In this document: positions 1 to 14,308 of the stretch, one piece after another
Position numbering within the stretch: the first letter of the stretch is position 1
Layout of the letters: each line of letters begins with the position of its first letter
Assembly: GCA_951406725.2 (NCBI GenBank)
Contig: OX597820.1
Location: 113,460,001 to 113,524,000, forward strand
Direction: 5' to 3'
Length of the DNA: 64,000 bases
From: Octopus vulgaris
Taxonomy: Eukaryota
Made by a program: the position numbers and the translations under genes
Notes under the pieces: generated by a model
Told to the model about the DNA's origin: nothing
Seen by the model: only the letters and a program-made list of their open reading frames with translations
Database searches by the model: none

Positions 1-531
1 AAACATACAAACAAACCCATACATACATATTTATGTATGTATATATATCTTTATACACATAATGATGCATATATGTGTGTCTGTTTCCTGAAACAGAGGC
101 AGCATTCGAAAGAGAGAGAGAGAGAGAGAGGGGGAAGGACAGAGAGAGATGTAGAAAGGGCAGGACTAAATACTAAATGTCTGCAAGACTTTCCAGACAA
201 TCAACAAAAGTTTTCTCTCACAATGGAATTTCTTTGGAATAGTAAATCAGCATGAAGTGAAGTCCAACAAAAGACATGAACTCTTCGCACACGCACACAC
301 ACACACACACACATATAAGCACATATAAGCTCATAGAAAGCACACTACTAGACATGAACACCCCATACGCATACTCACACACATCTCACACATTCCCATT
401 TGCACAACCATACATAACAATGTATAGACACATTCGCCGTTAACACAGCGTCAGACTCACGAAATATACACACAAATACATACTCACACACGCACGCAGA
501 TAAATCTGTACATGTATGTGCGCTTCTATGC

Positions 532-1153
<622 letters not shown>

Positions 1154-1248
1154 TATGTCTGTATGTGCGTGTGTGTTCAACCGTGTGTTTACCAAGAAAG
1201 AGCTTAGATCTCAATCGTGTTTTGAAACAAATAACAAAAAAACTATAG

Positions 1249-1319
<71 letters not shown>

Positions 1320-1424
1320 TACAACAATAATAATAATAATAATAACAATAATAATAATAATAATAATAATTACAACAATAATAATAATAATAATAATAAC
1401 AATAATGATAATAATAATAATTAC

Positions 1425-1463
<39 letters not shown>
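1249..1463. repeat. (AAT)n microsatellite
   Basis: Direct reading. Confidence 0.98.
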
Positions 1464-1465
<2 letters not shown>

Positions 1466-2042
1466 CAGCAGCAACAATAAAAGTAACTTCTATATTTTTG
1501 CTACACATTACAAAGATTGTGTAGATTTGCAGAATCGAGTATGTTAAAAACAGCTACGAAAAACAACAACATAAACACAAAAGGAAGGAAAACGCATCGC
1601 ACTATGGCGACAACACCGTAGCTGACATTTAGCTCGAATGCAATGTATTTTCACCTGACTAAGTTCCCAGCCTTTTTGATGCATACTAATTGGAGGTGCA
1701 ATATTTTGTGTTATATCAGTGCTTCACCGAATTTCCGGCACCATTAATTCTAATGATTTATTAGATTTACCGTTTTGCCGAACCAGAAGCAGTCTTTTCC
1801 CTCAAAATGAACGTTATAAAATGCTGGAAACTTAAATTAGATCAATTTATTAATTCAATTAAGTAATTAAATGAAATATAAGATAGTTGTACATGAGTAT
1901 AAATGACAGACGTTTACTAACACAAAGTACTATACTGTGAAATGCAGTGTATTGTACTAGGCACTTTACTATGCAAAATATTCAAATGTATAAGGTACTC
2001 TACTGTAAAAAGCTCAATACTGTACAAGGTACTGTACTGTGC

Positions 2043-2118
<76 letters not shown>

Positions 2119-2579
2119 ATAATATCAGGGTAATAATGATTTTAGAAATATTTACTACCAGTAGCCTAGCATATAAAAAATTAGTCAATAGACTATATAT
2201 TATTCATATTATATATGAATATATAATATATATATATTATTATATATTATTCATACTATATATTATTCATACAGTGTACATTTAAACACATTAAGAGGCG
2301 TCCATCATAGGAATCCTTTACGCTAGAAAGAACAGTTAAAGTTCAAACCATTAATTAGGGATAAATTCTTGAAGGGAATGAAAAATAGGCAATCATATTC
2401 GTAAATATATGTATGCGCAAAATTTTATACTTTATACCTATGTAAGTACACGCACCGGCTGCATTTCACTTCAGTTTTAAGAATTATCGAGTAAAGTAAT
2501 TCATTGATTGGCTTGTCATATTTTTTTAATACACCCCGTAACCTTATGGATGATGTTGCTCGCGACGAATGCGCAGTGC

Positions 2580-2880
2580 CAAGTGGGCCACTTTTGGTAA
2601 GCAGAATTGCGCTATTACACCTATTCTGTGTTGTTATATATAATATATGCGTTATTGACTCTCCCGTCTAACGACTTATGAGGGTTCGTCGATTTCTTAC
2701 CCAGCAACGACACAGAAGATTCGTTTATAGTGATCAAATGGTTGTGTTTACATAATCTCACTCCCTCCAACAAATCAATGTTGCCTTTGCAGATATGGAA
2801 AGGATAGCAGAACAACTTGAAATGGAATGCCACGCTCAAGAACACCATGCACAGCCCAGTCTGGGAATCGAAATCACGAC
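2580..2880 (-). mobile_element. Degenerate tRNA-headed SINE (family C-like)
   Basis: Minus strand gtcgtgatttcgattcccagactgggc...ttcttgagcg resembles the heads at 27953 and 47891. Confidence 0.55.
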
Positions 2881-3061
2881 CATCTCTTTTGATTCTGTTT
2901 TATCTAGGATATAAGTGTGTTTATGTATATACTCACATGTGTGTGTATGTATGTATATACACACGTGTTTATGTATATAATCACATGTGTGTGTATGTAT
3001 ATACTCACACACACAAACATATGCATGTAGATAGATAGATAGATAGATATAGATATGTATG

Positions 3062-3177
<116 letters not shown>

Positions 3178-3451
3178 TGTATATACTGTATATACCCATA
3201 TATTCGTTGTTATGTGTGTTGCGTGTATTGCTATGTCTACAACTCTCCACAAACTAAAATTTTCTTCCGCAATCAACTTACAGATGCAACTTACAATACA
3301 CACACACATGCACACACACACACATGCACACACACACACCACGCACGCACGCGCACACAAAACCCACATGCATGTCCTTGACATTTTAAGGCTCACCGTA
3401 AGAAAAGCTCGTTCTCCTCTACACAGAGAGAACAAAGCAGTTTAGCTTTCA

Positions 3452-3826
3452 GCATTTCTTGAGCTTAAATCAAGCAGGGACGCCTCAAAGATTGGTTTCT
3501 TTATCAAACGACGTCCTTCAATCGCTTTTATCTGACTGGAATTAACGCCTCCATCACATTGTTCGGTTGGTCTTCTCAATGATTGCTTCAATCAATTGCA
3601 GGAACATTAACTATGGTGTCTTGAGAATATTCTATCACCACATCCGTCTCTATCTTCTTCTCAGTTCAAATAATCAAACTCATCAACACCCACACACACA
3701 CAGCCCCAAACACGGCCACCTACACACATTTGTACGTGTGTGAGTGTCTACTTATATAAATGCGCATGCGTGTATATAAATGCATCTATTAATACGCATG
3801 CAAACAAAAAACATACATGCACAAGC

Positions 3827-3863
<37 letters not shown>

Positions 3864-3945
3864 CAGACAGACGGACGGACGGACGGACGGACGGACGGAC
3901 AGACAGACGGACGGACGGACGGACGGACGGACGGACGGACGGACG

Positions 3946-4029
<84 letters not shown>

Positions 4030-4030
4030 T

Positions 4031-4121
<91 letters not shown>

Positions 4122-4411
4122 GCGTCAGTGGTTAGAGCGTCGAGCTTATGATCATGAGGTTGTGAGTTCAAATCAAGGACCGGGCTGCGTATTGTGTTCT
4201 TGAGCAAGACACTTTATTTCACGTTGCTCCAGTTCACTCAGCTGTAGAAATGAGTTGCGACGTCACAGGTGCCAAGCTGTATCGGCTCCTTTGCCTTTCC
4301 CTTGGATAACACTGGTGAAGTGGAGGGGAGAAGCCAGTATGCATGGGCGACTGCTGGTCTTCCATAAACAACTTTGCAATCCATGGTCAGTCATGACCGA
4401 AGGGGGTCTCA

Positions 4412-4461
<50 letters not shown>

Positions 4462-4896
4462 AACACTCTGTCGGTTACGACGACGATGGTCCCAGCTGGT
4501 ACGATCAACGGAACAGCTTGATCGTGAAATTAACGTGCATTTCTTGAGCTTAAATCAAGCAGGGACGCCTCAAAGATTGGTTTCTTTATCAAACGACGTC
4601 CTTCAATCGCTTTTATCTGACTGGAATTAACGCCTCCATCACATTGTTCGGTTGGTCTTCTCAATGATTGCTTCAATCAATTGCAGGAACATTAACTATG
4701 GTGTCTTGAGAATATTCTATCACCACATCCGTCTCTATCTTCTTCTCAGTTCAAATAATCAAACTCATCAACACCCACACACACACACCCCAAACACACA
4801 CACCTACACACATTTGTACGTGTGTGAGTGTCTACTTATATAAATGCGCATGCGTGTATATAAATGCATCTATTAATACGCATGCAAACAAAAAAC
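3452..4896. repeat. ~360 bp near-identical direct duplication (3452-3812 and 4537-4896)
   Basis: Both copies run gcatttcttgagcttaaatc...catgcaaacaaaaaac and each is followed by a GATA/GACG tract. Confidence 0.93.
4122..4411 (+). mobile_element. tRNA-derived SINE (family C)
   Basis: A box cagtggttagagcg, B box gagttcaaatc, shared core ttgagcaagacactttatttcacgttgctccag. Confidence 0.85.
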
Positions 4897-4926
4897 TGTG
4901 ATTTTTTAACCCCAAGAGGACGTCTC

Positions 4927-4966
<40 letters not shown>

Positions 4967-5064
4967 CAGACGGACGGACGGACGGACGGACGGACGGACG
5001 GACGGACGGACCAGTCTGGTCTCGGGCTATTTCTGTCACTACTCAGTACTGGAATTTGTTTTTA

Positions 5065-6780
5065 TTACGATAACTATTATCATACATAGAGGGGATAAAA
5101 CAGGACAATACAAACAATTATCTTTATTGTCAGTTCGAATGATAAATAGGTTTAAAAATTATGAATGATATATATAAAAATAATATTTTGATTTTGTTTT
5201 TTGTTTTTTGGACTTTAACCTTAAAAGCCCAGCGACTACACCTTTTACTTTTCCCATGAAGGATTAAGCAGGGTCAATTGCACCCACCTTTCTTACCACA
5301 GCCTTCCATATTTTCTCGAACACACCTCGCGACAGGTATCTCCTCCCAACCCTATCTTGCTCATCAGATGATATCTGAAGTACGTCAGCAAACCAGGACT
5401 AGAGATGAAGGATCCCGTCACAAATCCTTGCATTCTAGTCTTCCACACACACTCAACACTGCAACTGTACATAGAAAACATGCCTCACCTTCCTTTGAGA
5501 GTCCGGTTGGCAGTCCTATCTTTATTATAGACTCAGCTGATAGCTGTGCTCTGCCTAGGTTTGACAAAACGTGTTCTACGTACATTATCAAGCTTGAAAG
5601 CTCCCGGCACTGTACAAGAGCGTGCTTGACGGTTTCATCGTCCAGCCCACAACTTGGACATGCTCTTGACTCGGACATTCCGTGCCTGGACAATTTATCG
5701 CGAACAGGTAAAGCATTCCTGTAGCACTGCCTGGCCAGGGATCTTTGATAATTATCCAAATACCCCGGTCTGAAAGTTTTTTGGGACAGGTTAGCATGTT
5801 GGTTCTCGTCGAACCCCAGCGCCAGTCCTAGGACGTCATCGTTTTTACTTTCTACCAACCCTTTGTACCAAACCGAGGTGGTATTCCCATTGCCGGCCTT
5901 CCCCGTCATGTGGATACGCACGAGCGCCTTCGACACTCCTTTTGCGATTCTGTCAGATTACGTCTTTTAATAAAACCGGGTTTGAATCTCTCCAAGGAGG
6001 CTGGTCGCGGGAAGAATTCCTCCGCCAGCGGATTCCACACCTTGTCACCCTCCAGATAGCGCCAGAGATGTCTGCGCATCATTAGCCAGGGCATCCTTAA
6101 CCCACCCTTTAGTGATCCATGGCACCAGGTGGAGCGCCTCACAAGTATCTTTCCTCCTTTCTACAATAAGCGGAAGAGGAGGCGCTCCAGCTTGTTTAGC
6201 CACGAGGCGGGGCAGGGACAACGGTTAGGCGGTAGGTGATTACAGATGCAATAAACACTTGTAGCACCTCTATCCTTCCCTTCAGGTCAGGACTAGGACC
6301 TCCACCATATCTGCCACCTCGCTCAAATTCTTCTTCCGTCTGGGAGTCCGGTGCAAACCAAACTCCAAGCAACATAACAGGACCATCTGTCCAATGACCC
6401 ACGACACTGGACGATATCGACTTGCTTTTCCAGGTGCCAAGGCGCAAGCTGATGGACTTGTCCTTGTTAACTTTTGCTCCTGCCACCGCCTCGTGTTCTT
6501 TGAGCGTCCTCTACATAAGGTAGCTGAGCCTCATTGGACGCGATGATTGTGACGTCATCCGCACAAGCTGAGACCGACTTACCGCATCCGATTTCATAGG
6601 GGTGCGCCTCAAATTCTCCAACTTCCGCAGAATGGCTCAAGAGCCAACACGTACAGGAGCGGAGACAGGGGACAGCCTTCACGAACTGAGCGCTTGATCG
6701 AAAACGGCTCCGACAGGTAGCCGTTTATCTGAACGGTGGATTTGATGCCCCTATATATTGCGGAGATCCACCTAATCAAC
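5065..6780 (-). pseudogene. Tx1/L1-like LINE ORF2, 3' part (RT, C-terminal zinc finger, 3'UTR), frameshifted
   Basis: SVREGCPLSPLLY, SACADDVTI (YADD-like), GAKVNKDKS, CPSCGLDDETVKHALVQC; AATAAA near 5070 on the minus strand. Confidence 0.92.
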
Positions 6781-7810
6781 CAGGAGGAGAAAATTACTCT
6801 CCTCCAAGCTGCTGTCACCGAAAAAGCGAACTGGACCGGTCAAACAGTCAATCTCCTTATTCAGGCGTAACCTAAAACAATTGAAGCGATTCCCGAGAAA
6901 ATTGAGATAGGGGAGGAAACCCTCATAGTGTTTGTTGAGGGCTGAAAACCCCGATGATTTTTGTGTGGCCAAGTAGGCCACATTCGAAAGAATTGCAAGG
7001 AAGGAGAGGAAGAGGAGGGAGAGGAGAAAGAAGAAGAAGAAGAAGAAGAAGAAGAAGAAGAAGAAGAAGAAGGAGGAGGAGGAGGAGGAGGGGGAAGGTG
7101 AAGAAGAAGAAGAAGAAGAAGAAGAAGAAGAAGAAGAATAAGAAGAAGAAGAAGAAGAAGAAGGAAAAGAAAAAGAAGAGAAGAAAACAACAAACAAGAG
7201 AAAAATACAACCAGCAACTCAACCGAGAGCGGCGACTACTACAGACCAACGACCAAAAAAGATTGCCAGAAGAGAAAAAGAAGGGAAAGGCATAATAGCC
7301 GAATATACTTTTTGTTTGAATGTATGTGGCCTGATGTCGAGCTGGAAGCAAGGACGCTTCCTAAATGACATCAGGTCGCGGGATTTAGATGTAATTGTGG
7401 CTACAGAAACCTGGTTGAAAGGGTCAAGAGATCTGCTCCTCCTGAATGGCTACGAGTAATACGTTTCTCCGTGTTGGGCGGGAGGTAGGAGTGGGGTGTT
7501 GGTCCTATTAAAAAGAAACCGGGTTTCCGAGAAAAAGTTGATGTTTTCTAATCCACAAGGCACGCTGGTCGTACTGGGCTTGACTTTCAGTTGCAGCAAG
7601 GCAGTGAGGCTGGTTGCAGTTTATGCACCCAATCTTATTGGTCCACAAAGTGAATATTTTCGTGACCTAGGGAAACTTCTAGCCTCGTTGCATTCTTTAG
7701 TTCTGTTGGGAGACTTTAACACATTCTGCGATGCGCGCGTAGATTGTGCTGGCTCGAGAGCGGGATCTGCTAAGCTATTTCCAGCTGGCAGACCCATACA
7801 GGCTGGAACA
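6781..7810 (+). pseudogene. Same Tx1-like family, inverted 5' part (ORF1 end with CCHC knuckle, APE endonuclease start)
   Basis: FLCGQVGHIRKNCK; NVCGL...ATETW; VAVYAPN; LLGDFN; homologous to 24600-25920. Confidence 0.92.
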
Positions 7811-8049
7811 AAAGGACTCTCCATTTATGGTAATTGTGTCCACTTCCACATGAAAACGGAATTATTCTTAAGGATAAATCTTTCTCCAAAACTGATATAA
7901 AATTAAGAAGAAATAAAATCTGATTGTCTGAAGACAAATATCAGCTGTTCACACGAGTGTCATGTTTTTGTTTCAATAGGTATCATCAATATTTTCTATT
8001 TTGTATGAATATCATGTCTGCAGAAGACAAAGCAGGACAACTGCTATGC

Positions 8050-8480
8050 TGATAACGCCTATTGAGGTGGAAACATGAATCTACAATTGTCATCTTGCCT
8101 CCAGTCGTTCCGGCTATCTTTTCCTTAATGGCATTTCAGTTTTAAAGAACTTGATTGTTGAGATGATTATCCATTCTCATTTGGATTTGCATGTAGTTAC
8201 CACCAAGGCGATCATTATACATCTTCTGGAAGAGAGAGTATTATTTTAAAATCAAGGATATGGGTTGAGAGAGCTTTGCTGTTCACGATGTTAATTAGAA
8301 TGGCGTGTCTGGGCAAGTTTCTGCTCTTAAAGCGATTTTATCGTTATGTGTAAGGTCTGTGAGCATTGTGGTTGGAGAATGTCAGCGGGAGAAGGAATTA
8401 GTTAGCGTGGCCTTACCTGAGACAAGCTTTTATTGCTGTAGTTTAAAGTCCTGATACAGCCTATGATTAAAGGCTTTGTG
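8050..8480 (-). pseudogene. Possible highly decayed Penelope-like GIY-YIG C-terminus
   Basis: Minus-strand fragments SKALSTHILDFK, KEKIA and SCFH resemble PLE endonuclease tails; weak. Confidence 0.35.
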
Positions 8481-8686
8481 CGTGTGAGAGTGTGTGTGAG
8501 CGCGTAACGAAAACGTTAAGATTTTTCGCTCATAATTTTTTTATTTAATTAAATTAGGCTCTTTATAAACACACATCAAAATAACGTGCTAACCTTTGCA
8601 GCAAAGCAGCCAGGCATATCTTCACTCAAATTAGTTTTCACAAAGTGTCAGTTGCCAACTACATTGTTTATATTTCTTTCGCGTGC

Positions 8687-8910
8687 CACTCAAGGTTTCT
8701 GATATTTCATAGCATTTATCCTAGGCTATATAAATTTGTCTTAAGGTCATTTCATGTTTATTTTTTATTCATCACTTCACTTTGATTTCACGGCTGAAAT
8801 TCTCAATGTTATTATGAGTTTTGAAAATAATGAATAAAACATGGAATGATATTTATACAGCTTTATATAGCCTAAGGTTAAATGCTAAGAAATGTCGAAG
8901 ACCTTGAGTG
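8687..8910. mobile_element. Decayed foldback/MITE-like element with ~85 bp inverted arms
   Basis: cactcaagg...tagcattta..ctaggctatataaa versus tttatatagcctaagg.taaatgcta...ccttgagtg. Confidence 0.7.
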
Positions 8911-9485
8911 TTAGGCAAGAAAGATATAATCGATGTAGGAGGTCATTGAGATGTTATGGGTGTTAACGTGAGCAAAGAAGAAGTGCCCGGTCGCTTTGTT
9001 CCGAAGGTTTACCATGGACGTCGTCTGGATTGCGAGAGATACGAGTTTCGAGTCTCACGAGTGGTTACGTGCATGTTCTTTCTAATATGTTCATTATCCA
9101 TGGTAGGGCCAAACAGAACTGAAATCTGCTTTGCCTCCTACACCAAACTTACACCGAAGAAGGAAAAAGAGTGAATGATCCAGCAGAGAAGTTAACACCT
9201 TTTTTTTTCTGTTTGTCAATGTTGATGGAGGATAGAAGCTTAACAATTGCAATCCTTTCGTGGTCATCTAGTTTATAGAATCATGATGAACAGTCCTTAT
9301 TTGCAGAGTTCTGGTTGGCAAGATGATATTTTAAGTCTGCTGCTACTTTTGCTGCCACAATTCGATAGTTTTAAGACAATACGTTTTCCTTTTCCGCTCG
9401 GCCTTTAGCAAAAGTGAAAGGACATGGTTATATGAGCCTGAGCGATTCACGGATCATATACAGTACGCTATACAAATCAATCCAA

Positions 9486-9720
9486 CAGTTCTATATTTAA
9501 GAGATGAGGAATTATTTATATTATTTACATTTGAAGAATATTTGTCCTCATCTTATTTGTTGTTAACACGTTTCGGCTGATATACCTTCCAGCCTTCTTC
9601 GGGCGTGTTGGGGAAGTTCCTCAAGACACCTGAAGAAGGCTGGAAGGTATATCAGCCGAAATGTGCTAACAACAAATAAGATGAGGACAAATATCCTTCA
9701 AATGTAAATAATGTACATAA
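9486..9720. mobile_element. Inverted pair of hammerhead-bearing repeat tails (same family as 30705-30935)
   Basis: ~100 bp inverted arms; + strand gacac CTGAAGA a ggctg..cagcc GAAA at 9625-9661. Confidence 0.8.
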
Positions 9721-10161
9721 TGTAAGTTCATCTGAATACTGCAAATTTCCAAGCATGAAACTTGAAGTGATGACGTATAACTCCTATGTGTATTTACATA
9801 CATACATAGGTGCAAAAAAAACCAGGCGCACACATAAGTCAACAAGACAAAATTTATATCAACACGGTAGGTACTTCCCCTACAAACAATACGTAAACTA
9901 ATTTATATATATATATATATATATACATTATGTATATATACATATATACATAATATATATACATATATATATCATATATATACATATATATGCATATATA
10001 CATTATACATATATATATACATATACATATATATACATATATATATATATACATTATATATATACATATATATACATTATACATATGTACATTAAATATA
10101 TATATATATACATAATAAATATATATATACATATATACATTATATATATATACATATATAC

Positions 10162-10203
<42 letters not shown>

Positions 10204-10223
10204 AAGAAAGAAAGAAAGAAAGA

Positions 10224-10310
10224 AATACAGTTAAACGCGGGTGTTATTCAAATCTTTATACTTCCAACAGTATAAAGATTTGAAGTATACCTGCGTTTAA
10301 CTCCATTTCT
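10224..10310. repeat. ~40 bp-arm hairpin
   Basis: gttaaacgcgggt..ttcaaatctttatact / agtataaagatttgaa..acctgcgtttaac. Confidence 0.8.
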
Positions 10311-10496
10311 GTATTTATCTGTTATACCAAAACATTTCCCTTAAACCTAGAATTTCTACCTTTATAAGTAAGCTGTAACATTCTTGATACTTATGTGAAT
10401 TTTCTGCTACCCTGGTAACTATGTGTTTATTTTTTCTCTGTTATTTGTACACATTGAAAAACTACGCATACACACACACATGTACATATATATATA

Positions 10497-10690
10497 TACC
10501 AGAGGAAGCACATGAATGCGAAACAAGGTGGAAAAAATAGTAGTAGAATACCGGAGGTAGAATAATATGCTATATTAATAAAGTTGCAAAGACATCACAA
10601 AAACTGTTACTCAGTTTCACGTTCCCGTTCGTCGGACGAACGGGAAAGTGAATCTCTGAATAACAATTTTGTGATATCTTTGCAGCTTTA
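10497..10690. mobile_element. pLTR-like inverted repeat with hammerhead-like core
   Basis: Arms 10579-10635 and 10636-10690; minus strand CCGACGA acg-ggaa-cgt GAAA ctgag TA acag. Confidence 0.6.
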
Positions 10691-11137
<447 letters not shown>

Positions 11138-11736
11138 TATTAATAAAGTGTAAATATAAATGGCGGTTCCCCAGCTTGGTCACAGCTCATGAGCTGAAAC
11201 TAGATCAAATCAAATCATACGTGTGTGTGGTGTGGGGGGGTGTACAAAGTATGGGAGTTTAGTTCATAGGTAATCTAAACGATTAGGTACACTAGGTAAG
11301 TGCTGCAACGGGTTACAAGGGCTCCAAGATTATAGCCGAGACGGTAGTTATGGAGCCATTGCAGATTTCCGATGCAACGGATATATAATTGTTAAACAGG
11401 ACAAGCAAGGCAAATTTCTCAAGTCCTGTACAATATTATTATAGGAATAAATTCAAAATCTTACAGCTGTTCCTGGGATATCCCGAGTAAGGGGGGAAAT
11501 GGAGAAAAAGAAGCATAAATATGGATATACGCAGGATGCACCTAAAGACTTACGCTCATGGACCTACGCAGGATTGCACCTAAGGACTCATGGTCTGGTT
11601 TCTATAGCTTTGGAAAGTTGAACTAGGAACATTTATGCTCCTTTTTTCTTCTTTCTTTCCATTTCCTTATTCTTTTACTCTATGTCGTCATCTCATTATA
11701 TATGCCATTCCCATTTTCCCTATTTTTTCCCTATTT

Positions 11737-11792
11737 GTCTCTGATGATGGAATATCCCATACTCGCGGATATCCCAGAAACAGCTGTAAGAC
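11737..11792 (+). ncRNA. Minimal hammerhead ribozyme motif
   Basis: gtct-CTGATGA-tggaatatcc/ggatatccca-GAAA-cagctg-TA-agac; partial inverted copy at 11455-11495. Confidence 0.85.
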
Positions 11793-11796
11793 TTTG

Positions 11797-11856
11797 TGCG
11801 CGTGTGTGTGATCCCATGCAGATGATTATATATGCATGCATATAAACAATATACAA

Positions 11857-11893
<37 letters not shown>

Positions 11894-12068
11894 CCTATAC
11901 ATACGCATATATGAAACATATACACGCGTGCATACATATGCATATGTACAGAGAGTGAGAGATATTTGTGTGTGCGTGTGCGTGTGCGTCAGTGCGTAAG
12001 TGCGTGTGCGTGCGCGTGCGTGCGTGTGCGTGTGTGCGTGCGTGCGTGCGTGCATGCGTGCGTGCGTG

Positions 12069-12100
<32 letters not shown>

Positions 12101-12335
12101 TACGTGTGCGTGCGTGTCCGTGCGTGCGTGCGTGCGTGCGTGTGCGTGCGTGCGTGCGCGTGCGTGCGCGTGCGTGCGTGCGCATGCGTGCGTGCGCGTG
12201 CGTGCGTGCGCGTGCGTGCGTGCGCGTGCGTGCGTGCGCGTGCGTGCGTGCGCGTGCGTGCGTGCGCGTGCGTGCGTGCGCGTGCGTGCGTGCGCGTGCG
12301 TGCGTGCGCGTGCGTGCGTGCGCGTGCGTGCGTGC

Positions 12336-12375
<40 letters not shown>

Positions 12376-12540
12376 GTGTGTGCGTGTGTGTGTGATCCCA
12401 TGCAGATGATTATATATGCATGCATATAAACAATATACAAGTATATATATATATATATATATATGTTCCTATACATACGCATATATGAAACATATACACG
12501 CGTGCATACATATGCATACGTACAGAGAGAGAGAATATTT
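11797..12540. repeat. ~160 bp direct repeats flanking a (CGTG)n expansion
   Basis: gatcccatgcagatgattatatatgc...gtacagagag at ~11810 and ~12394. Confidence 0.9.
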
Positions 12541-13350
12541 ATATAGCAATATCTCACACACGCATGCGCATACACACAACACACACGCACACGCACAGAT
12601 ACGGATATATATATATACACTGCGCCAAAAATAAGTCTCTGCGTTCTTAAAATGGGTTACATCGTTCCAGACGAAATTTTGGCGTCTGCCGTTCCATTGC
12701 CATCGTGTAGGTCATGGTGGTTTGGGTTTTATTTGTTGTTGCTCTCGTTCTTGTTCTTGTTCTTGTCACTGTTGATGTTGTCGCTGTTGTTGTTGTTGTT
12801 GCTCCTGCTGTTGTTGTCCATTGTTTGTGCTAATCCAATGAAGAAGGTCAGTTCTTTGTAACCTTGACTACGATTCTGCCTTGGTTGGCTAAGATCCGAA
12901 AGTTTAATGTTTACTCAAAAATCTTTGTGCGTTAACGTTGTAATCAGAAAGCAAGAGTTTCATATAATCGATTCGTTCCAGCACACACACCCACATGCCC
13001 ACCTACACACACACACATGACATCACATCACACACACACATATGCATCACCTACACAGATATACATCACATATACACACATATATACATTACATACACAT
13101 ACACACGCGCACATATGCATCACATACACACATAGAAACATCACATTAAAAAATGAATATTCCGGAACCAAAATTAGGCATTTCTAATGAAGGTTTTCAT
13201 TAAAACCATTAGTTATAAATCTATTTAAGTAAATTTGACTCATTATGGAATAACAGCACCAAAATTGCCATCATCATCGCCAATAAAACGTACTGGTTTG
13301 TCCCGTATTCATGTTGAATACATACACATATGCATCGTTTTTAAAAATGA

Positions 13351-13733
13351 CTAGCAGTATCGCCCGGCGTTGCTCAGGTTTGTAAGGGAAATAACTATAA
13401 AGCATTTTTAGAGAGTTATAGCCAAAAAATAGCAAAAAAATTGAAAAAAAATTATGGTAAATTTTTTTGAGAGTTAAAAAAGGTGGAGTTGCGTCCCCTA
13501 GACGGTCTGTGGTTTGGGTTTCTGATTCTCGACCCCATGTCGAATTTATCGATTTTTTTCAGAACTGGGGGAACTTTTCAAAATTTTCGCTGCGTTAGTT
13601 TTGAATTATGACATTGGGCTATGTGTGTGTCAAGTTTCATCAGAATCGGTTGAAAACCGTGGTCAGAGTGAGGGTACGAGAAAACAGACACACAGAAAAC
13701 GCACAGACAAACTGCCGTTTATATATAGAGAGA
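13351..13733 (-). mobile_element. Non-autonomous Helitron
   Basis: 5' TC(tctctatatataaacggc), 3' GC-rich subterminal segment gcaacgccgggcga then CTAG; inserted between A and T. Confidence 0.75.
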
Positions 13734-14261
13734 TACGTGAAAATTACTTTAAACAACAACGTCATTTCTGGAGGACAAGTTCTCAGCATGGCGTCATTTG
13801 TTTAACAAAGCCCAAAATAAAGAGAAAAGACGTGAGCTTGAAACAGTCTTTTTGCACAGAGCTTTTAAAAAAGAAACACGAAGACAAAGTGTTTTCTTTT
13901 TAACTTTTATATATTTCAAAATATATTCAAACAGCAGATAATTCAAGAGGATATATAGGTTCGGATTACCAGCTGAATTATCGGAAAAGTGTGTATGTAT
14001 GTGTGTATATATATATATAATTATTTGAGGGAATATTAATCCTAACTTACAAGGAAAATATATATATATATTTCTTAAATATAGCCACGAAACACGTGTC
14101 ATTATTCTACCAATTATATACGTTTTTCTTATTTGTTTGCAATTTACTTAATCATTGGTATTTTATTGTTATTTTTATTTTAATATTTCTATTATATGTA
14201 ATTTTCTAGATGGTGTAATTTAATTGTTCATTTTGAATTGATAAAAGTTGGTGGTTCTTTC

Positions 14262-14308
<47 letters not shown>

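Noticed and set aside
2547-2576. GGATGA-gttgc/gcgac-GAA-tgcgca hammerhead-like string
   Set aside because: Core mutated and no stem I
14085-14106. GAAA-cacgtg-TC half motif
   Set aside because: No matching CTGANGA or stem II upstream; at most a truncated remnant
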